From NCBI GenBank assembly GCA_963847625.1, contig CAWKAR010000029.1:1-64000 (forward strand): a stretch of 64,000 nucleotides of DNA, in the 5' to 3' direction. Numbering within the stretch: the stretch's first letter is position 1; each line of letters begins with the position of its first letter. A model generated the notes under the pieces. The model did not search any database, was not told the DNA's origin, and worked only from the letters and a program-made list of their open reading frames with translations. The position numbers and the translations under genes were made by a program. This document shows, piece by piece, positions 35,499 through 46,064 of this stretch. Origin of the DNA: a candidate division FCPU426 bacterium. GTDB lineage: Bacteria > Oederibacteriota > Muellerivitia > Muellerivitales > Muellerivitaceae.

Positions 35499-37142
35499 AT
35501 GTTTAAAAAAGGCCTTTTCCTCTTGATGGTTATGGTTGCTTTTTCCGGTTGTAAAAAGGTCGATCCCAAGATCTACCGCCAGGTGGGCCCTACGGCCGAC
35601 GGGGATATGATTGTCGAGTCCTCCATCGGGGACGCCAAGACCCTTAACCCCGCGTTGTCTGACGAAAGTGCTGGCGGCGACATCATCAGCTTGGTTTTTA
35701 ACGGTCTCCTGCGCTACAACCCCAACCTGGCGCTGGAACCCTGCCTGGCCGAGAAATGGACCGTCTCCAAGGATGGAAAAACCGTCACTTATTACTTGCG
35801 GAAAGGCGTGAAGTTCCACGACGGAGTGGAGTTCACGGCCCAGGACGTCCTTTTTACCTATAAGGTTTACACCGATCCGACGGTCAATACGCCCTTTGGC
35901 GCCGACTACCAGTACATCAAGGACGTCAAAATCCTGGACCCCTACACTGTCCGGGTCCTTTACAAGAAAGCCTTTGCGCCAGCCCTGACCAACACTTTTG
36001 GTGCCATACTTCCCATGCACCTCCTGGACGGAAAAGATATCAACCACTACGACGCTTTTAACCGGCATCCCGTCGGCACCGGGCCCTACCGGTTCGTGGA
36101 ATGGAAAACCGACCAGCAAATCGTTTTGGAGGCCAACCCGAACTACTGGGAAGGCAAACCCCATATCCGGCGTTTCATCATGCGCATCATCCCGGACCAG
36201 TCCTCAGAATTCTTGAGCCTCTTGAAGGGTGAGACGGACGCCATGGGGGCCTGGACCAGTGGAACGCTGAGCCCGGAACAATACGCCCGGGAGACGGATA
36301 CTCCCCGGTTCACCGATTTTTACGACAAGTACCAGACGGATCAATTCGTCTACATCTACCTAGGCTGGAACCTGGAGAATCCCCTGTTCAAGGACGTCCA
36401 GGTGCGAAAAGCCCTCACTATGGCCATCGACCGCCAAGCCATCATCAAGAACGTGGTTTACGGCCTGGGAAGCGTCTGCACCGGCCCCTTCGTTCCCAAT
36501 TCCTGGGCCAGCAACAAGGACGTGAAACCCCTACCGTTCGACCCGGAAGGGGCGAAAAAAATCCTGAAGAAAGCGGGATGGAAGCCGGGACCGGACGGTA
36601 TCCTGGTGAAAACCCTCCGGGGCAAGAAGACTCCTTTCCGCTTCAAGCTCTTTACCAACCAGGGCAACGTGAGCCGGGAGCGCATCGCCACCATCGTCCA
36701 GCAGCAGTTGAAAGAAATTGGGGTGGACTGCCGGCCGCAGATCATGGAATGGACCACCCTGTTGAGCGAGTACATCAACAAGCGTAAGTACGACGCCATG
36801 GTCATGGGATGGCAATTCGGACCGGAACCCGACTGCTATTTGACCTGGCACTCCTCTCAGATGGGGGAACACCAGTACAACATGGTGGATTACAAGAACC
36901 GGACCGTGGACCGGCTTTTGGTGGAGGGCCGTGTAACCCTGGATCCGGCTAAAAGGGCCAAGATCTACCACCGCATCCACAAGATCCTCGCCGACGACGT
37001 GGCCGCCACCTTCCTGTACGTGCCCTACGCCCTTCCGGCTGTTCACAAGCGTTACAAGGGCCTCCAGCCCAACCACAACGGCATCGGCTGGCACCCCGAA
37101 CGGTGGTACGTGCCCCTGAGCCAGCAGAAATACAAACTTTGA
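35499..37142 (+). CDS. Peptide ABC transporter substrate-binding lipoprotein (family 5)
   Basis: Lipobox AFSGC; LAEKW..YLRKGVKFHDG..FTAQDV; PVGTGPY; VRKALTMAIDR. Confidence 0.92.
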   Translation: MFKKGLFLLMVMVAFSGCKKVDPKIYRQVGPTADGDMIVESSIGDAKTLNPALSDESAGGDIISLVFNGLLRYNPNLALEPCLAEKWTVSKDGKTVTYYLRKGVKFHDGVEFTAQDVLFTYKVYTDPTVNTPFGADYQYIKDVKILDPYTVRVLYKKAFAPALTNTFGAILPMHLLDGKDINHYDAFNRHPVGTGPYRFVEWKTDQQIVLEANPNYWEGKPHIRRFIMRIIPDQSSEFLSLLKGETDAMGAWTSGTLSPEQYARETDTPRFTDFYDKYQTDQFVYIYLGWNLENPLFKDVQVRKALTMAIDRQAIIKNVVYGLGSVCTGPFVPNSWASNKDVKPLPFDPEGAKKILKKAGWKPGPDGILVKTLRGKKTPFRFKLFTNQGNVSRERIATIVQQQLKEIGVDCRPQIMEWTTLLSEYINKRKYDAMVMGWQFGPEPDCYLTWHSSQMGEHQYNMVDYKNRTVDRLLVEGRVTLDPAKRAKIYHRIHKILADDVAATFLYVPYALPAVHKRYKGLQPNHNGIGWHPERWYVPLSQQKYKL

Positions 37143-37238
37143 TTCTTCGCCTTTTTGACTTGCGAAACGGCGGTTTAAATAGAGGTATCAAAATTCGTTC
37201 CTCGGCGAGACCCAAGTTTAATTTTCGGAATTGAACCC

Positions 37239-38210
37239 ATGCGCAAATACCTGATCCGCCGTTTTTTGATGATGATTCCCCTGCTACTGGGGATCTCCAT
37301 CCTCTCCTTTTCCATCATGAAACTGGCTCCCGGCGACCCGGCGTCCCTGAGCGTCAACTTGAATTCCAAGATCGATCCGGGATACATCACCAAGTTGCGC
37401 GCCCATTGGGGCCTGGACCAGCCTCTCCACATTCAGTATTGGCGCTGGCTCAAGGGAATGCTCACCTTCGATTTTGGCATTTCCTTCAAAGATGGGAGGC
37501 CCGCGTTGAATGTCATCGCCGAACGGTTCCCGGCCACCTTGCTCCTCTCGGGCCTCTCGGAAGTGCTCCTGTTCCTCATCGCGGTGCCCCTGGGCGTGGC
37601 CGCGGCTTATTACCAGGGAAAATGGTTCGACCGGTTCACGACCCTGTTTTCCTTCGTGGGATTCGCCACGCCGACCTTTTGGCTGGCCCTGATGCTCATG
37701 CTGGTGTTCGGCGTCCAGCTGGGGTGGCTTCCTGTTTCGGGAATGATGTCCGTCGGGACCGACTACCTTCCCTGGTACCAGCAGGCCTGGGACCTGGCCG
37801 AGCACCTGCTCCTGCCGCTTTTCGTCACCACCTTCGGGGGGTTGGCTTCGGTCTCGCGCTATGCCCGAACCAGCATGCTGGAAGTCATCCGGCAGGATTA
37901 CATCCGCACCGCCCGGGCCAAGGGCCTTTCGGAGTTCCAGGTGGTCATCCGGCACGCCGTGCCCAACGCCCTCCTCCCGATTGTGACCCTGCTAGGCTTG
38001 TCCCTCCCTTCCTTGATCGGGGGAAGCACCATTATCGAGACCATCTTCAGCTGGCCCGGCATGGGCCGTTTGAATTATGAGGCCATCATGTCCCGGAATT
38101 ACACGGTCGTAATGGGCGTGGGCATCATTTCCGCTTTCCTAACGCTTTTTGGAAATTTGCTGGCGGACCTCTGTTACGCGCTGCTGGACCCGAGAATCCG
38201 ATACAAGTAA
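37239..38210 (+). CDS. Peptide ABC transporter permease (OppB/DppB-like)
   Basis: PGDPA, GLDQPL..QY, DYIRTARAKGL, IIETIFSWPGMG. Confidence 0.93.
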   Translation: MRKYLIRRFLMMIPLLLGISILSFSIMKLAPGDPASLSVNLNSKIDPGYITKLRAHWGLDQPLHIQYWRWLKGMLTFDFGISFKDGRPALNVIAERFPATLLLSGLSEVLLFLIAVPLGVAAAYYQGKWFDRFTTLFSFVGFATPTFWLALMLMLVFGVQLGWLPVSGMMSVGTDYLPWYQQAWDLAEHLLLPLFVTTFGGLASVSRYARTSMLEVIRQDYIRTARAKGLSEFQVVIRHAVPNALLPIVTLLGLSLPSLIGGSTIIETIFSWPGMGRLNYEAIMSRNYTVVMGVGIISAFLTLFGNLLADLCYALLDPRIRYK

Positions 38211-38236
38211 ATACTGTCCGATTTGGAGAGACTGCG

Positions 38237-39082
38237 ATGAAGTTGAAACGGTTTATAAGAATTCATCCCCTGCTTTTTTGCGGCTTGGTGCTGGTGGGCC
38301 TGCTGGTGGTAACGGCACTCACGGCCCAATGGGTCGCGCCTTTCGACCCCGACCTGCAGTCCCTGGGTGACCTGGACCGCCTTCAGCCCCCTTCCTGGCA
38401 CCACTGGATGGGAACGGACCAGTTCGGCCGGGACGTCCTCAGCCGCCTGCTGTACGCATCCCGCATCTCCCTGGTGGTGGGATTGGTGGCGGTCTCGATC
38501 TACATCCTGATCGGAGTAACCATCGGGTCCCTGGCGGGTTTTTACGGAGGCTGGGTGGACGGGCTCTTGATGCGCACCACCGATATTTTCCTGTGCGTGC
38601 CGACCTTTCTCCTGATCCTGATGGTCATCGCCTTCGTCGGGCCTAACATTATCAACGTCATGGTCGTCATCGGCCTGACCTCCTGGACCGACGTGGCCAG
38701 GCTTGTCCGGAGCGAGATTTTGTCGCTGAAAGAGAGGGAGTTTATCCTGGCGGCCCGGGTTATCGGCATGAGCGACGCCCGGATTATTACCCGGCACCTC
38801 CTTCCCAACGCTTTGGGGCCGGTGATCGTAGTCGCCACCCTGGGGGTGGGCGGGGCCATCCTGGTGGAATCCGGGTTGAGTTTCCTGGGATTGGGCGTTC
38901 AGCCGCCTACAGCCAGCTGGGGGAACATGCTCATGGAAGGAAAGGAACACCTGATGGAAGCCTGGTGGCTCGTTACTTTCCCCGGTCTGGCCATCTTTTT
39001 CACGGTTTTAGGATACAACTTCCTGGGGGAAGGCCTCAGGGACATGCTGGACCCCCGGCTCCAGGGCAGCGGCCGGGGTTAG
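38237..39082 (+). CDS. Peptide ABC transporter permease (OppC/DppC-like)
   Basis: HWMGTDQFGRD, EFILAARVIG, HLLPN, ESGLSFLGLG..P.ASWG, GEGLRD.LDPR. Confidence 0.93.
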   Translation: MKLKRFIRIHPLLFCGLVLVGLLVVTALTAQWVAPFDPDLQSLGDLDRLQPPSWHHWMGTDQFGRDVLSRLLYASRISLVVGLVAVSIYILIGVTIGSLAGFYGGWVDGLLMRTTDIFLCVPTFLLILMVIAFVGPNIINVMVVIGLTSWTDVARLVRSEILSLKEREFILAARVIGMSDARIITRHLLPNALGPVIVVATLGVGGAILVESGLSFLGLGVQPPTASWGNMLMEGKEHLMEAWWLVTFPGLAIFFTVLGYNFLGEGLRDMLDPRLQGSGRG

Positions 39083-39167
39083 AAACTCATTATTTATGAA
39101 GAATGGAATGAAGCCTGATTTTAAAATATAACGTCTCTGGTTTTTAAGAAACCATTTTGGAGCAGGT

Positions 39168-41678
39168 ATGGCGAGGGCGAAAAAAACCTCAAAATCGCCA
39201 AAGTCTGGCGTGGCGAAAAAAAAGACTATCCCCAATCCAGAACTTGGGATTCCTTTGCCCGCGTCCATCCCGCCTGTGGAACTTCCACCCTCCGAGTCCC
39301 TGCAGATTTGGAAGGCCCTTTTCGGCTGGGTTCTCATCACGCTTTCCCTTCTGGCTTTTCAACATTTTCATCCGATTTACATTACCGGCGTCCACGGCTG
39401 GGATCCGGACCCATTATTCAAATTGACGCTGTTGCTCTTTATCGGAGCCTGTCTCATGGGCTTGGCTTACCGAAAGATGACCCAAAGTGATTCGAAGGAT
39501 GACATCGGCAAGGTCCCTGCCCGGCTGATTTTAGCCGCCATCCTGGCCTTGGGCGCCTTCATGCGCCTTTACCGGGCTCATGATTTTTCCGGGAATTACT
39601 GGGACGATCCCTCCCAGCCCCTGTATGACGCCTGCCAGATCACGGATTACCGCCATTTCTTTATTTACGCGGGTTACCAGGTCGGCGAACCCCTGTTCGC
39701 CTACGCCATCGCCCTAGTCCTTTATCTTTTTCCGAGTTGGCACGGCCTTTTTGTCCAGCGCCTGGTGTCAGCCCTTTTCGACATCACGGCCCTTTGGGTT
39801 TATTACCTGCTGGGAAAGGAGTTTGGCAAGCGCCGGATCGGCCTCCTGATGGCCTCCTTTGGCGCGGTCAACCGCGCCCTCCTTATGATGCTTTTGAGCT
39901 ACATGAGGTACATGCCCCTTCCCTTGACGCTGGCCTTGGTCCTTCTCTTCTCCATGAGGCTTTTCAAGAAACCCTCCCTGGCCCATTTCCTCGAATGGGG
40001 CGCCTGTATCGCGCTGGGATATTACACTTACACGGCTTTCCGCCCCATGGGGCCTTATTTTATTGCCGCGGTGCTGGCTTGGATTCTTTACCGCGAAAAG
40101 GGGAAAGCAGGCCAGGCTTGGAAGTGGTTCCTGGGGCTGGGTTTATGCGCGTACCTTTTCTTCCTCTTTCTTTACCTTCACCGTTATATTCTCCCGGATC
40201 AATCCGTCTGGAGGCAGGGAATCACGGCAATCGGTGAAAATTCCCACCTGGCGGTTTTCATATGCGGAGGATTGATTCTTGTTTTTATAAGGAATGTTTG
40301 GATGGGGTTCCGGGGAAAAAGCGATTGGTCCATGGTTTATTGGACCCTCGGGGTCTTGCTGTGCGTTTTGCTGGTTTATCCCATCATCGTGAACGTTGAA
40401 TTGCTGCGTCGTTTGAACGGAATGTCCCGACTGGCGCAGGGCTCCGCCCAGCCTTCGATCCAGGAAATTCTGGGGGCTCTGGCTCAAAAGTTTCTTAAAA
40501 CCCTCCAATTCCTGGTTTACAGCGGAGGGGACCGCTCGGATATCAGTCTCTACGGGGACCCCTATTTCAACGTATCCGACCTGGTTTTCATCGTTCCCGG
40601 CGTGGTCTTCGCTTTATGCCGTCCTAACTGGCCCCGGACTTTCGTGCTGTTGTGCGCCTGCGTGGGATTAATCCCCTATATCCTGGGTGACGCGGGTGGG
40701 AACAGACTTATCGCCAGCATCCCGCCGTTTCTGCTGCTGGGCGCCCTGGCGTTTAACCAACTGATGGAGTCCTCGGACGGCGCCCTGAAACCACGGGCCC
40801 GGACGGCTTTCAACTCCGCCCTTTGGATCTTAGTTTTGAGTTTCGGGGGTTACACCGCTTTCCAGAAGGTCTATAACCACTTTTTCACCCACATGACGCC
40901 GCTGCCCCTTCTCGCTCATATGATCAACCAGGACGCGGTGAAATACCGGGTTTACGTCGCGTCCAACGAAGGTTATCTGCCCGAACAGGTCATGACCGAA
41001 GGAAAAAATTATTACCATTTTTCCATAAAGGGCAATCCCATCGACCTGGAAACGGGTGAGAAGATCCCGGAGGTGGTCGTTTTGTTCAAGACGGACCAGT
41101 TCCCGGTGCCGGATATCGTGGAAAAAATGAAAGCCCAATATCCCCGCGCTCAATGGGAAAAAAGTCCCGCTTTCCCGGATCATCTCGACAGCACGGTTTT
41201 CCACCTGCGCCTTTTTATTCCGGGGGACCAGATTTCGAAGAATCCCTCCAAATTCATTTATGTGCGCCGTGTTCCAGCCGGGCATTGGATCAGGAGATAT
41301 TACAAGTCGGATTACCGGCTGGGGGTCGGTTGGATTTACGCGGAAGACCGGGTCACGGATTGGAACGCGCCGCTTCCTTCCGAAATTCCCCTTAACGATA
41401 TCGGTGCCTCCACCGGCAGGCTGGAAGGGCTTTTTGAGGTTCCCCGGGACGGCAAATACAAATTTGCGGTTGATGTTGACCGTCCCTTGTCCTTATGGCT
41501 GGGAGACCGGCTTCTCCTTCGGCCGAGGCCGAGGGAAAAGAAGCATTACGAGGCTTCCGTCCGCCTGCGAGCTGGGACTTGCCTCCTGAGCCTCAGGGTT
41601 TTCGACCCCACTGGCCGGGGTTTTCCGGCTGTCAAGGTTCGCTACGCCGGCGAAAAAGATTGGAAACCATTGCAGTAA
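39168..41678 (+). CDS. GT-C (ArnT/PMT-like) membrane glycosyltransferase with C-terminal PA14-like beta domain
   Basis: Many TM segments, LRLY..YWDD loop, LGYYTY; C-terminal G.FEVP.DG.Y.F.V..D..L.L pattern. Confidence 0.65.
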   Translation: MARAKKTSKSPKSGVAKKKTIPNPELGIPLPASIPPVELPPSESLQIWKALFGWVLITLSLLAFQHFHPIYITGVHGWDPDPLFKLTLLLFIGACLMGLAYRKMTQSDSKDDIGKVPARLILAAILALGAFMRLYRAHDFSGNYWDDPSQPLYDACQITDYRHFFIYAGYQVGEPLFAYAIALVLYLFPSWHGLFVQRLVSALFDITALWVYYLLGKEFGKRRIGLLMASFGAVNRALLMMLLSYMRYMPLPLTLALVLLFSMRLFKKPSLAHFLEWGACIALGYYTYTAFRPMGPYFIAAVLAWILYREKGKAGQAWKWFLGLGLCAYLFFLFLYLHRYILPDQSVWRQGITAIGENSHLAVFICGGLILVFIRNVWMGFRGKSDWSMVYWTLGVLLCVLLVYPIIVNVELLRRLNGMSRLAQGSAQPSIQEILGALAQKFLKTLQFLVYSGGDRSDISLYGDPYFNVSDLVFIVPGVVFALCRPNWPRTFVLLCACVGLIPYILGDAGGNRLIASIPPFLLLGALAFNQLMESSDGALKPRARTAFNSALWILVLSFGGYTAFQKVYNHFFTHMTPLPLLAHMINQDAVKYRVYVASNEGYLPEQVMTEGKNYYHFSIKGNPIDLETGEKIPEVVVLFKTDQFPVPDIVEKMKAQYPRAQWEKSPAFPDHLDSTVFHLRLFIPGDQISKNPSKFIYVRRVPAGHWIRRYYKSDYRLGVGWIYAEDRVTDWNAPLPSEIPLNDIGASTGRLEGLFEVPRDGKYKFAVDVDRPLSLWLGDRLLLRPRPREKKHYEASVRLRAGTCLLSLRVFDPTGRGFPAVKVRYAGEKDWKPLQ

Positions 41679-41730
41679 AAAAAATAGTTCTTCCAAAAAA
41701 TTCTGTTGAATTTATTCCCTGGAGTCCTCC

Positions 41731-43968
41731 GTGCCCGAGTCATTCGCCGAGATCGTCTTTGCCGTATCCCTGAAACGGTCCTTTACCTACCGGGTTCCTC
41801 CCGCGCTGGAGGGGCTGGTGAGACCCGGAATGCGGTGCCTGGTTTCCTTCGGGAGACGGCAGGCCGTGGGCCTCGTCACGAGTTTGTCACGGCAAAGCCC
41901 CGCCGGCGTCAAGGGCCTGAAACCCATCGATTCGCTTTTGGACACCGAGCCCTGCCTGGGGGACGACCTGATGGAACTGGGGCGGTGGATCGCTGATTAC
42001 TACTATTGCTCCCTGGGCGAGGCCCTTTTCGCCGTCATTCCCGCCGGTCACCGCAAAGCCGGCAGGGCTTTCCTCCAATTGACCGCCCAGGGCGAGAAAC
42101 GCCGGGAAGAGGTGGAATTCGTTCTCGCGAAAGCCGGGCCCTTGAGGGGGGTGAATTGGGACAGCCTGCGGAAAAATAAGATTCCCCTCACGGCCCGGAC
42201 CCGCGTGCTGGCTGAGGCCTTGAAATCAGGCGGATGGGCGGATGTCCAAGTGGCAGCCCCCCAAGACGATAAAGGCGCGGCCCGGAGGGTTTTGGGCGCC
42301 TTGACCCAACCCCATAAACTCCACACCCAGCAGGAAACGGCTTTGGCCGCCGTCGGTAAGGCCCTGGATTCGGGAACTTTTCACACATTCCTGCTCCAGG
42401 GCGTGACGGGTTCGGGCAAGACCGAGGTCTATCTTCAAGCCATCAGCCAGGCGCTCAGCCAGGGCAAGCAAGCCATCGTTCTCATCCCTGAAATTGCGCT
42501 CACCCCCCAGACTGTGGAGCGCTTCACCGGCCGGTTCGGGGACCAGGTGGCGGTCTTTCACAGCCGTCTCGCGTCGGGGGACCGCACGAGGGAATGGAGG
42601 CGGATGTCCCTGGGGGAGGCGAAGGTGGCGGTCGGGGCCAGATCCGCGCTTTTCGCGCCGGCGCCCCGGCTGGGGTTCATCGTGGTGGACGAGGAGCACG
42701 AGTCCACCTACAAGCAGGAGGATGCCCCCCGTTACCACGCGCGCGACGCGGCGGTGAAGCGGGCCCAGATCTGCAAAGCGGTAGCCCTATTGGGAAGCGC
42801 CACCCCCTCGCTGGAATCGGTGCAGAACGCCCGGTCGGGCAAGTACACCCTATTGACCATGCCCGAAAGGATCAACCGCATGCCCTTGCCAGAAATCCGG
42901 CTCGTAGACCTGAGGGAGGAATGGGCGGTCCGGGGACAGGACCGGCCGGTCTTGTCCGTTGCCTTGAAGGAAGCGATCCGGGAAACCTTGGAGAAGAAGG
43001 AGCAAGTCCTCCTGTTCCTGAACCGGCGGGGATTCCAGACCCTCCTTTTGTGCCTCAAGTGCGGGGAACAGGTGCATTGCCCCTCTTGCGCCATCCCTGT
43101 GACCCTTCACCGGAACCCCGGTCGAATTCCAGGAGGGGCCGAGGGCAAACCGGTGGTGATATGCCATTACTGTAATTGGCAGGGCCCCCTGCCCGAGATT
43201 TGTACCAAGTGCGGGGATGGGACCGTCCGCGCGGTCGGCCTGGGAACCCAGAAGGTGGAGGAAGAAGTGAAGGCCGCTTTCCCCAGGGCCCAAGTCGGGC
43301 GCATGGACCTGGATACCACCAGGCGGCAGGGAAGCCACGAAGAGATCCTGGGTAAATTCCGCAGGAGGGAGATCGACATCCTGATCGGGACCCAGATGAT
43401 CGCCAAAGGGCATGATTTTCCGGGAATCACCCTGGTGGGAGTGGTGGGAGCGGACGTGGGGCTTTCCCTGCCGGATTTCCGTGCGCCGGAGAGGGTTTTC
43501 CAGCTCATGGTGCAGGTGGCGGGCAGGGCCGGCCGGGCGGACAAGGAAGGGGTCATCTACCTGCAAACCTTCCACGGGGAACACCCTGCCATTCAGGCTG
43601 CGGTCAAGCACGATACGGAGGCTTTTTGGGAAGGGGAGCTGGAACTTCGCAAGGCGCTGGAATACCCGCCCTTCACCCGGTTGGGATTAATCCTGTACCG
43701 CAGTAAAGTTGAGAAAAAGGCAAAGGAAGCGGTGGAGAAGGCCGCGGCCCTGCTGAAAAAATTGGGACCCAGCCTGGGAGTGCGGGTTTTCGGCCCGGCT
43801 CCCGCGGGGATCGCTAAACTGAGGGGCCATTACCGGTTCCAGGTTCTCTTGAAAGCTGCTAAAGCACAATCTATCCGGCGGCTGGTTCAATCCCTGGATG
43901 AGAAAATGGCGACCCCCATTCCGGGTGTTTTCAGGGTGGTTGACCTCGACCCCCAATCAATGTTGTAA
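41731..43968 (+). CDS. priA: Primosomal protein N' (replication restart helicase)
   Basis: GVTGSGKTEVY, VGARSA, DEEH, GSATPS, LNRRG, two CxxC pairs of zinc fingers, GTQMIAKG, QVAGRAGR. Confidence 0.96.
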   Translation: MPESFAEIVFAVSLKRSFTYRVPPALEGLVRPGMRCLVSFGRRQAVGLVTSLSRQSPAGVKGLKPIDSLLDTEPCLGDDLMELGRWIADYYYCSLGEALFAVIPAGHRKAGRAFLQLTAQGEKRREEVEFVLAKAGPLRGVNWDSLRKNKIPLTARTRVLAEALKSGGWADVQVAAPQDDKGAARRVLGALTQPHKLHTQQETALAAVGKALDSGTFHTFLLQGVTGSGKTEVYLQAISQALSQGKQAIVLIPEIALTPQTVERFTGRFGDQVAVFHSRLASGDRTREWRRMSLGEAKVAVGARSALFAPAPRLGFIVVDEEHESTYKQEDAPRYHARDAAVKRAQICKAVALLGSATPSLESVQNARSGKYTLLTMPERINRMPLPEIRLVDLREEWAVRGQDRPVLSVALKEAIRETLEKKEQVLLFLNRRGFQTLLLCLKCGEQVHCPSCAIPVTLHRNPGRIPGGAEGKPVVICHYCNWQGPLPEICTKCGDGTVRAVGLGTQKVEEEVKAAFPRAQVGRMDLDTTRRQGSHEEILGKFRRREIDILIGTQMIAKGHDFPGITLVGVVGADVGLSLPDFRAPERVFQLMVQVAGRAGRADKEGVIYLQTFHGEHPAIQAAVKHDTEAFWEGELELRKALEYPPFTRLGLILYRSKVEKKAKEAVEKAAALLKKLGPSLGVRVFGPAPAGIAKLRGHYRFQVLLKAAKAQSIRRLVQSLDEKMATPIPGVFRVVDLDPQSML

Positions 43969-44113
43969 GGTTGTGTTCAAAAACATAAATCCCACTGATT
44001 TTAAAAAGCCGTTTTCCCCTGCTTGATGAAGGTCATATTCCAAGTGCGTGTGAAAGCCTATACTCCCCTGAATTCGAGAAACCCAGTTTTTAAAAAATAT
44101 GCGGGAGGAAAAT

Positions 44114-44617
44114 ATGTCAACCCAAGATAACTTGAAGGAAGCTTTCGCCGGGGAATCCCAAGCCAACCGCAAGTACACCGCTTTCGCGAAAAAGGCGGAC
44201 CAGGACGGGAAAAAACAAGTGGCACGGATTTTCCGGGCCGCGGCCCACGCCGAGACCGTACACGCCCTCAACCATTTCCGGGCCATGGGGATGGTGAAAA
44301 CCACGGCCCAGAACCTGAAAGCTGGCATCGAGGGGGAGGCCTATGAGTTCCAGATGATGTACCCCGGTTTCCTGGCCCTAGCTGAAACGGAAGTCGTCCC
44401 GGCGGCGGTGAAGTCCTTCAAGTACGCTCTCGAGGCCGAAAAGGGCCATTGGGAACTCTACAATAAGGCGCTGAAGGCGGTGGAAAGCGGGAAGGATCTT
44501 CCGGAAAAAAAGGTATGGGTTTGCGAGGTCTGCGGGCATACCCACGAGGGGGACGAAGCGCCCGACCATTGCCCGGTTTGTGGGGCCAATAAAAAGGCTT
44601 ATTCTGAAGTTAAGTAA
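44114..44617 (+). CDS. Rubrerythrin
   Basis: AFAGESQANRKY, ExxH di-iron motifs, C-terminal CEVCG..CPVCG rubredoxin site. Confidence 0.93.
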   Translation: MSTQDNLKEAFAGESQANRKYTAFAKKADQDGKKQVARIFRAAAHAETVHALNHFRAMGMVKTTAQNLKAGIEGEAYEFQMMYPGFLALAETEVVPAAVKSFKYALEAEKGHWELYNKALKAVESGKDLPEKKVWVCEVCGHTHEGDEAPDHCPVCGANKKAYSEVK

Positions 44618-44638
44618 GAAAGTCCATTATTTTGAATC

Positions 44639-44693
44639 AAACCCCCACCCTAATTAGGAACGATTTTGACGTTCCCATGGGGTAGGGGTTTTC
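44639..44693 (+). terminator. Hairpin/probable terminator after rubrerythrin
   Basis: AAACCCC..GGAACG-loop-CGTTCC..GGGGTTTT. Confidence 0.5.
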
Positions 44694-44881
44694 TATATCC
44701 AAAACCCTGAAAAACCGCCTAAATGTTCAATTTATCCCCGCAATTCGATATTCCTGACGACATAAGCCAGTCTTTCTCTGAAATCCGCAAAAATAAATGT
44801 GTTTAACATTAAAATTTTTTGGATTTTTTTCCGACTTCGCCGTCTATAGGGTGTGAGGATAAAAAACCAAAGGTTCAGGTC

Positions 44882-45493
44882 ATGAAAACAAACATCTTTG
44901 AAACGCACTTTATGGACGGGAGAACGATGATGAAAACATTAATCCAGTATAAGCTTCTGATTTTTAGAGCCGGTGCTATTGCTGGTATTTTCACGGTTTT
45001 TGGATTGGGTTTGGTACTCTTCGGCCAATTGGACCGGTTTAGCAGCAGATATACCCCTCCCCCCAAAAAATCCTTTGTTTTTTCAAGAGTTGCCCAGCCG
45101 GATAAGGCCGCCATTCGGAAAACCCATGAGATTTATGGACGGGTTCAGCCATTCTTTGTTCCCAACCAAGGCCAAACCGACCCCCAGTTGAGGTTTCTGG
45201 CGCCTGTAAGCCGGTACGCACTATATCTATCGCCCGCCGAAGCGGTGACTGCCCAGAAACAGGGTGAAGACAATCAATTGGGCCAATTTAATCTCTCCAC
45301 GATCCGGCTTGTTCAGTCCCTGAAGGAACCGGATGTCCTGCGCTTGGGACTCGCGGTGGGGAACTGCAAGGCCACTTTCGAGGGGATGGCAGAGGCGGCT
45401 GGAAAGGGTGTTTACGTCATCGGAAGCAATTCGGCTAACTGGCACACCAGCATGACCCACTATGGTAAGAAAAAGGATCAAACCCCTGGCTAA
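44882..45493 (+). CDS. Hypothetical protein resembling the N-terminal domain of SBBP-repeat secreted proteins, apparently truncated
   Basis: TM segment, then FVPNQGQTDPQ.RFLA..Y.LYL and GKGVY.IG.N..WHT..YG, ending abruptly. Confidence 0.55.
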   Translation: MKTNIFETHFMDGRTMMKTLIQYKLLIFRAGAIAGIFTVFGLGLVLFGQLDRFSSRYTPPPKKSFVFSRVAQPDKAAIRKTHEIYGRVQPFFVPNQGQTDPQLRFLAPVSRYALYLSPAEAVTAQKQGEDNQLGQFNLSTIRLVQSLKEPDVLRLGLAVGNCKATFEGMAEAAGKGVYVIGSNSANWHTSMTHYGKKKDQTPG

Positions 45494-45608
45494 TAGTTTT
45501 TATTTTGCGGAGTTTTAAACTTTGAACCTCCAATAGCCATATTTTTTATCCCCAAAAAACAATAAAATCCACCTGCCTTTGACCCGATTTTTTTAAATTT
45601 TTTTTGGA

Positions 45609-45926
45609 TTAAATCGACATTTCGCGGGCTAGAGGGTGTGAAAGAGACACCCTTGGGTTCAGGCCATGAAAAAAGCATTTCCAATCATAACCCGCCTGAA
45701 GGGGGCTGGGAGGCGTGAGCAGGAACAGGCGGTCCACCCCGTGAAGGGCCGCCTCGATGGTGGCTATTTTCGTGACGTCGCCCTCGGCCGTTTCCAAGCC
45801 GAGACTCACCGCCTCTTTCGCCTTTTCGGCGCTCCGGGCCAAAACCCGCGTCTTGGCCTTGACCGCCGCCAACCGCCACACTACATTTCCCCCGACCTTA
45901 CCCGTCCCGCCGATCAGGAGAATCAT
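45609..45926 (-). pseudogene. NmrA/SDR-type NAD(P)H-binding protein, N-terminal ~80 aa only
   Basis: AGGAGG RBS; MILLIGGTGKVG Rossmann motif, EGDV, ALHGVDRLFLL; similarity is lost near 45690. Confidence 0.75.
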
Positions 45927-46064
45927 GCCCGCCTCCTGAAATTTTGTGGATGGGAATATCATCGGAAGAACCAGGGGGGATTATCAAGGGAGGAAAGGCA
46001 TTTTTAGGGGAAGTTACATGATGGAAACAATAAGGCATGAAAAAACGGCTTTTCGCTTTTTCCC

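Noticed and set aside
35499..39082. Peptide ABC cluster lacking ATPase genes as a novel transporter
   Set aside because: The ATPase genes are often encoded elsewhere; this cannot be judged from one window.
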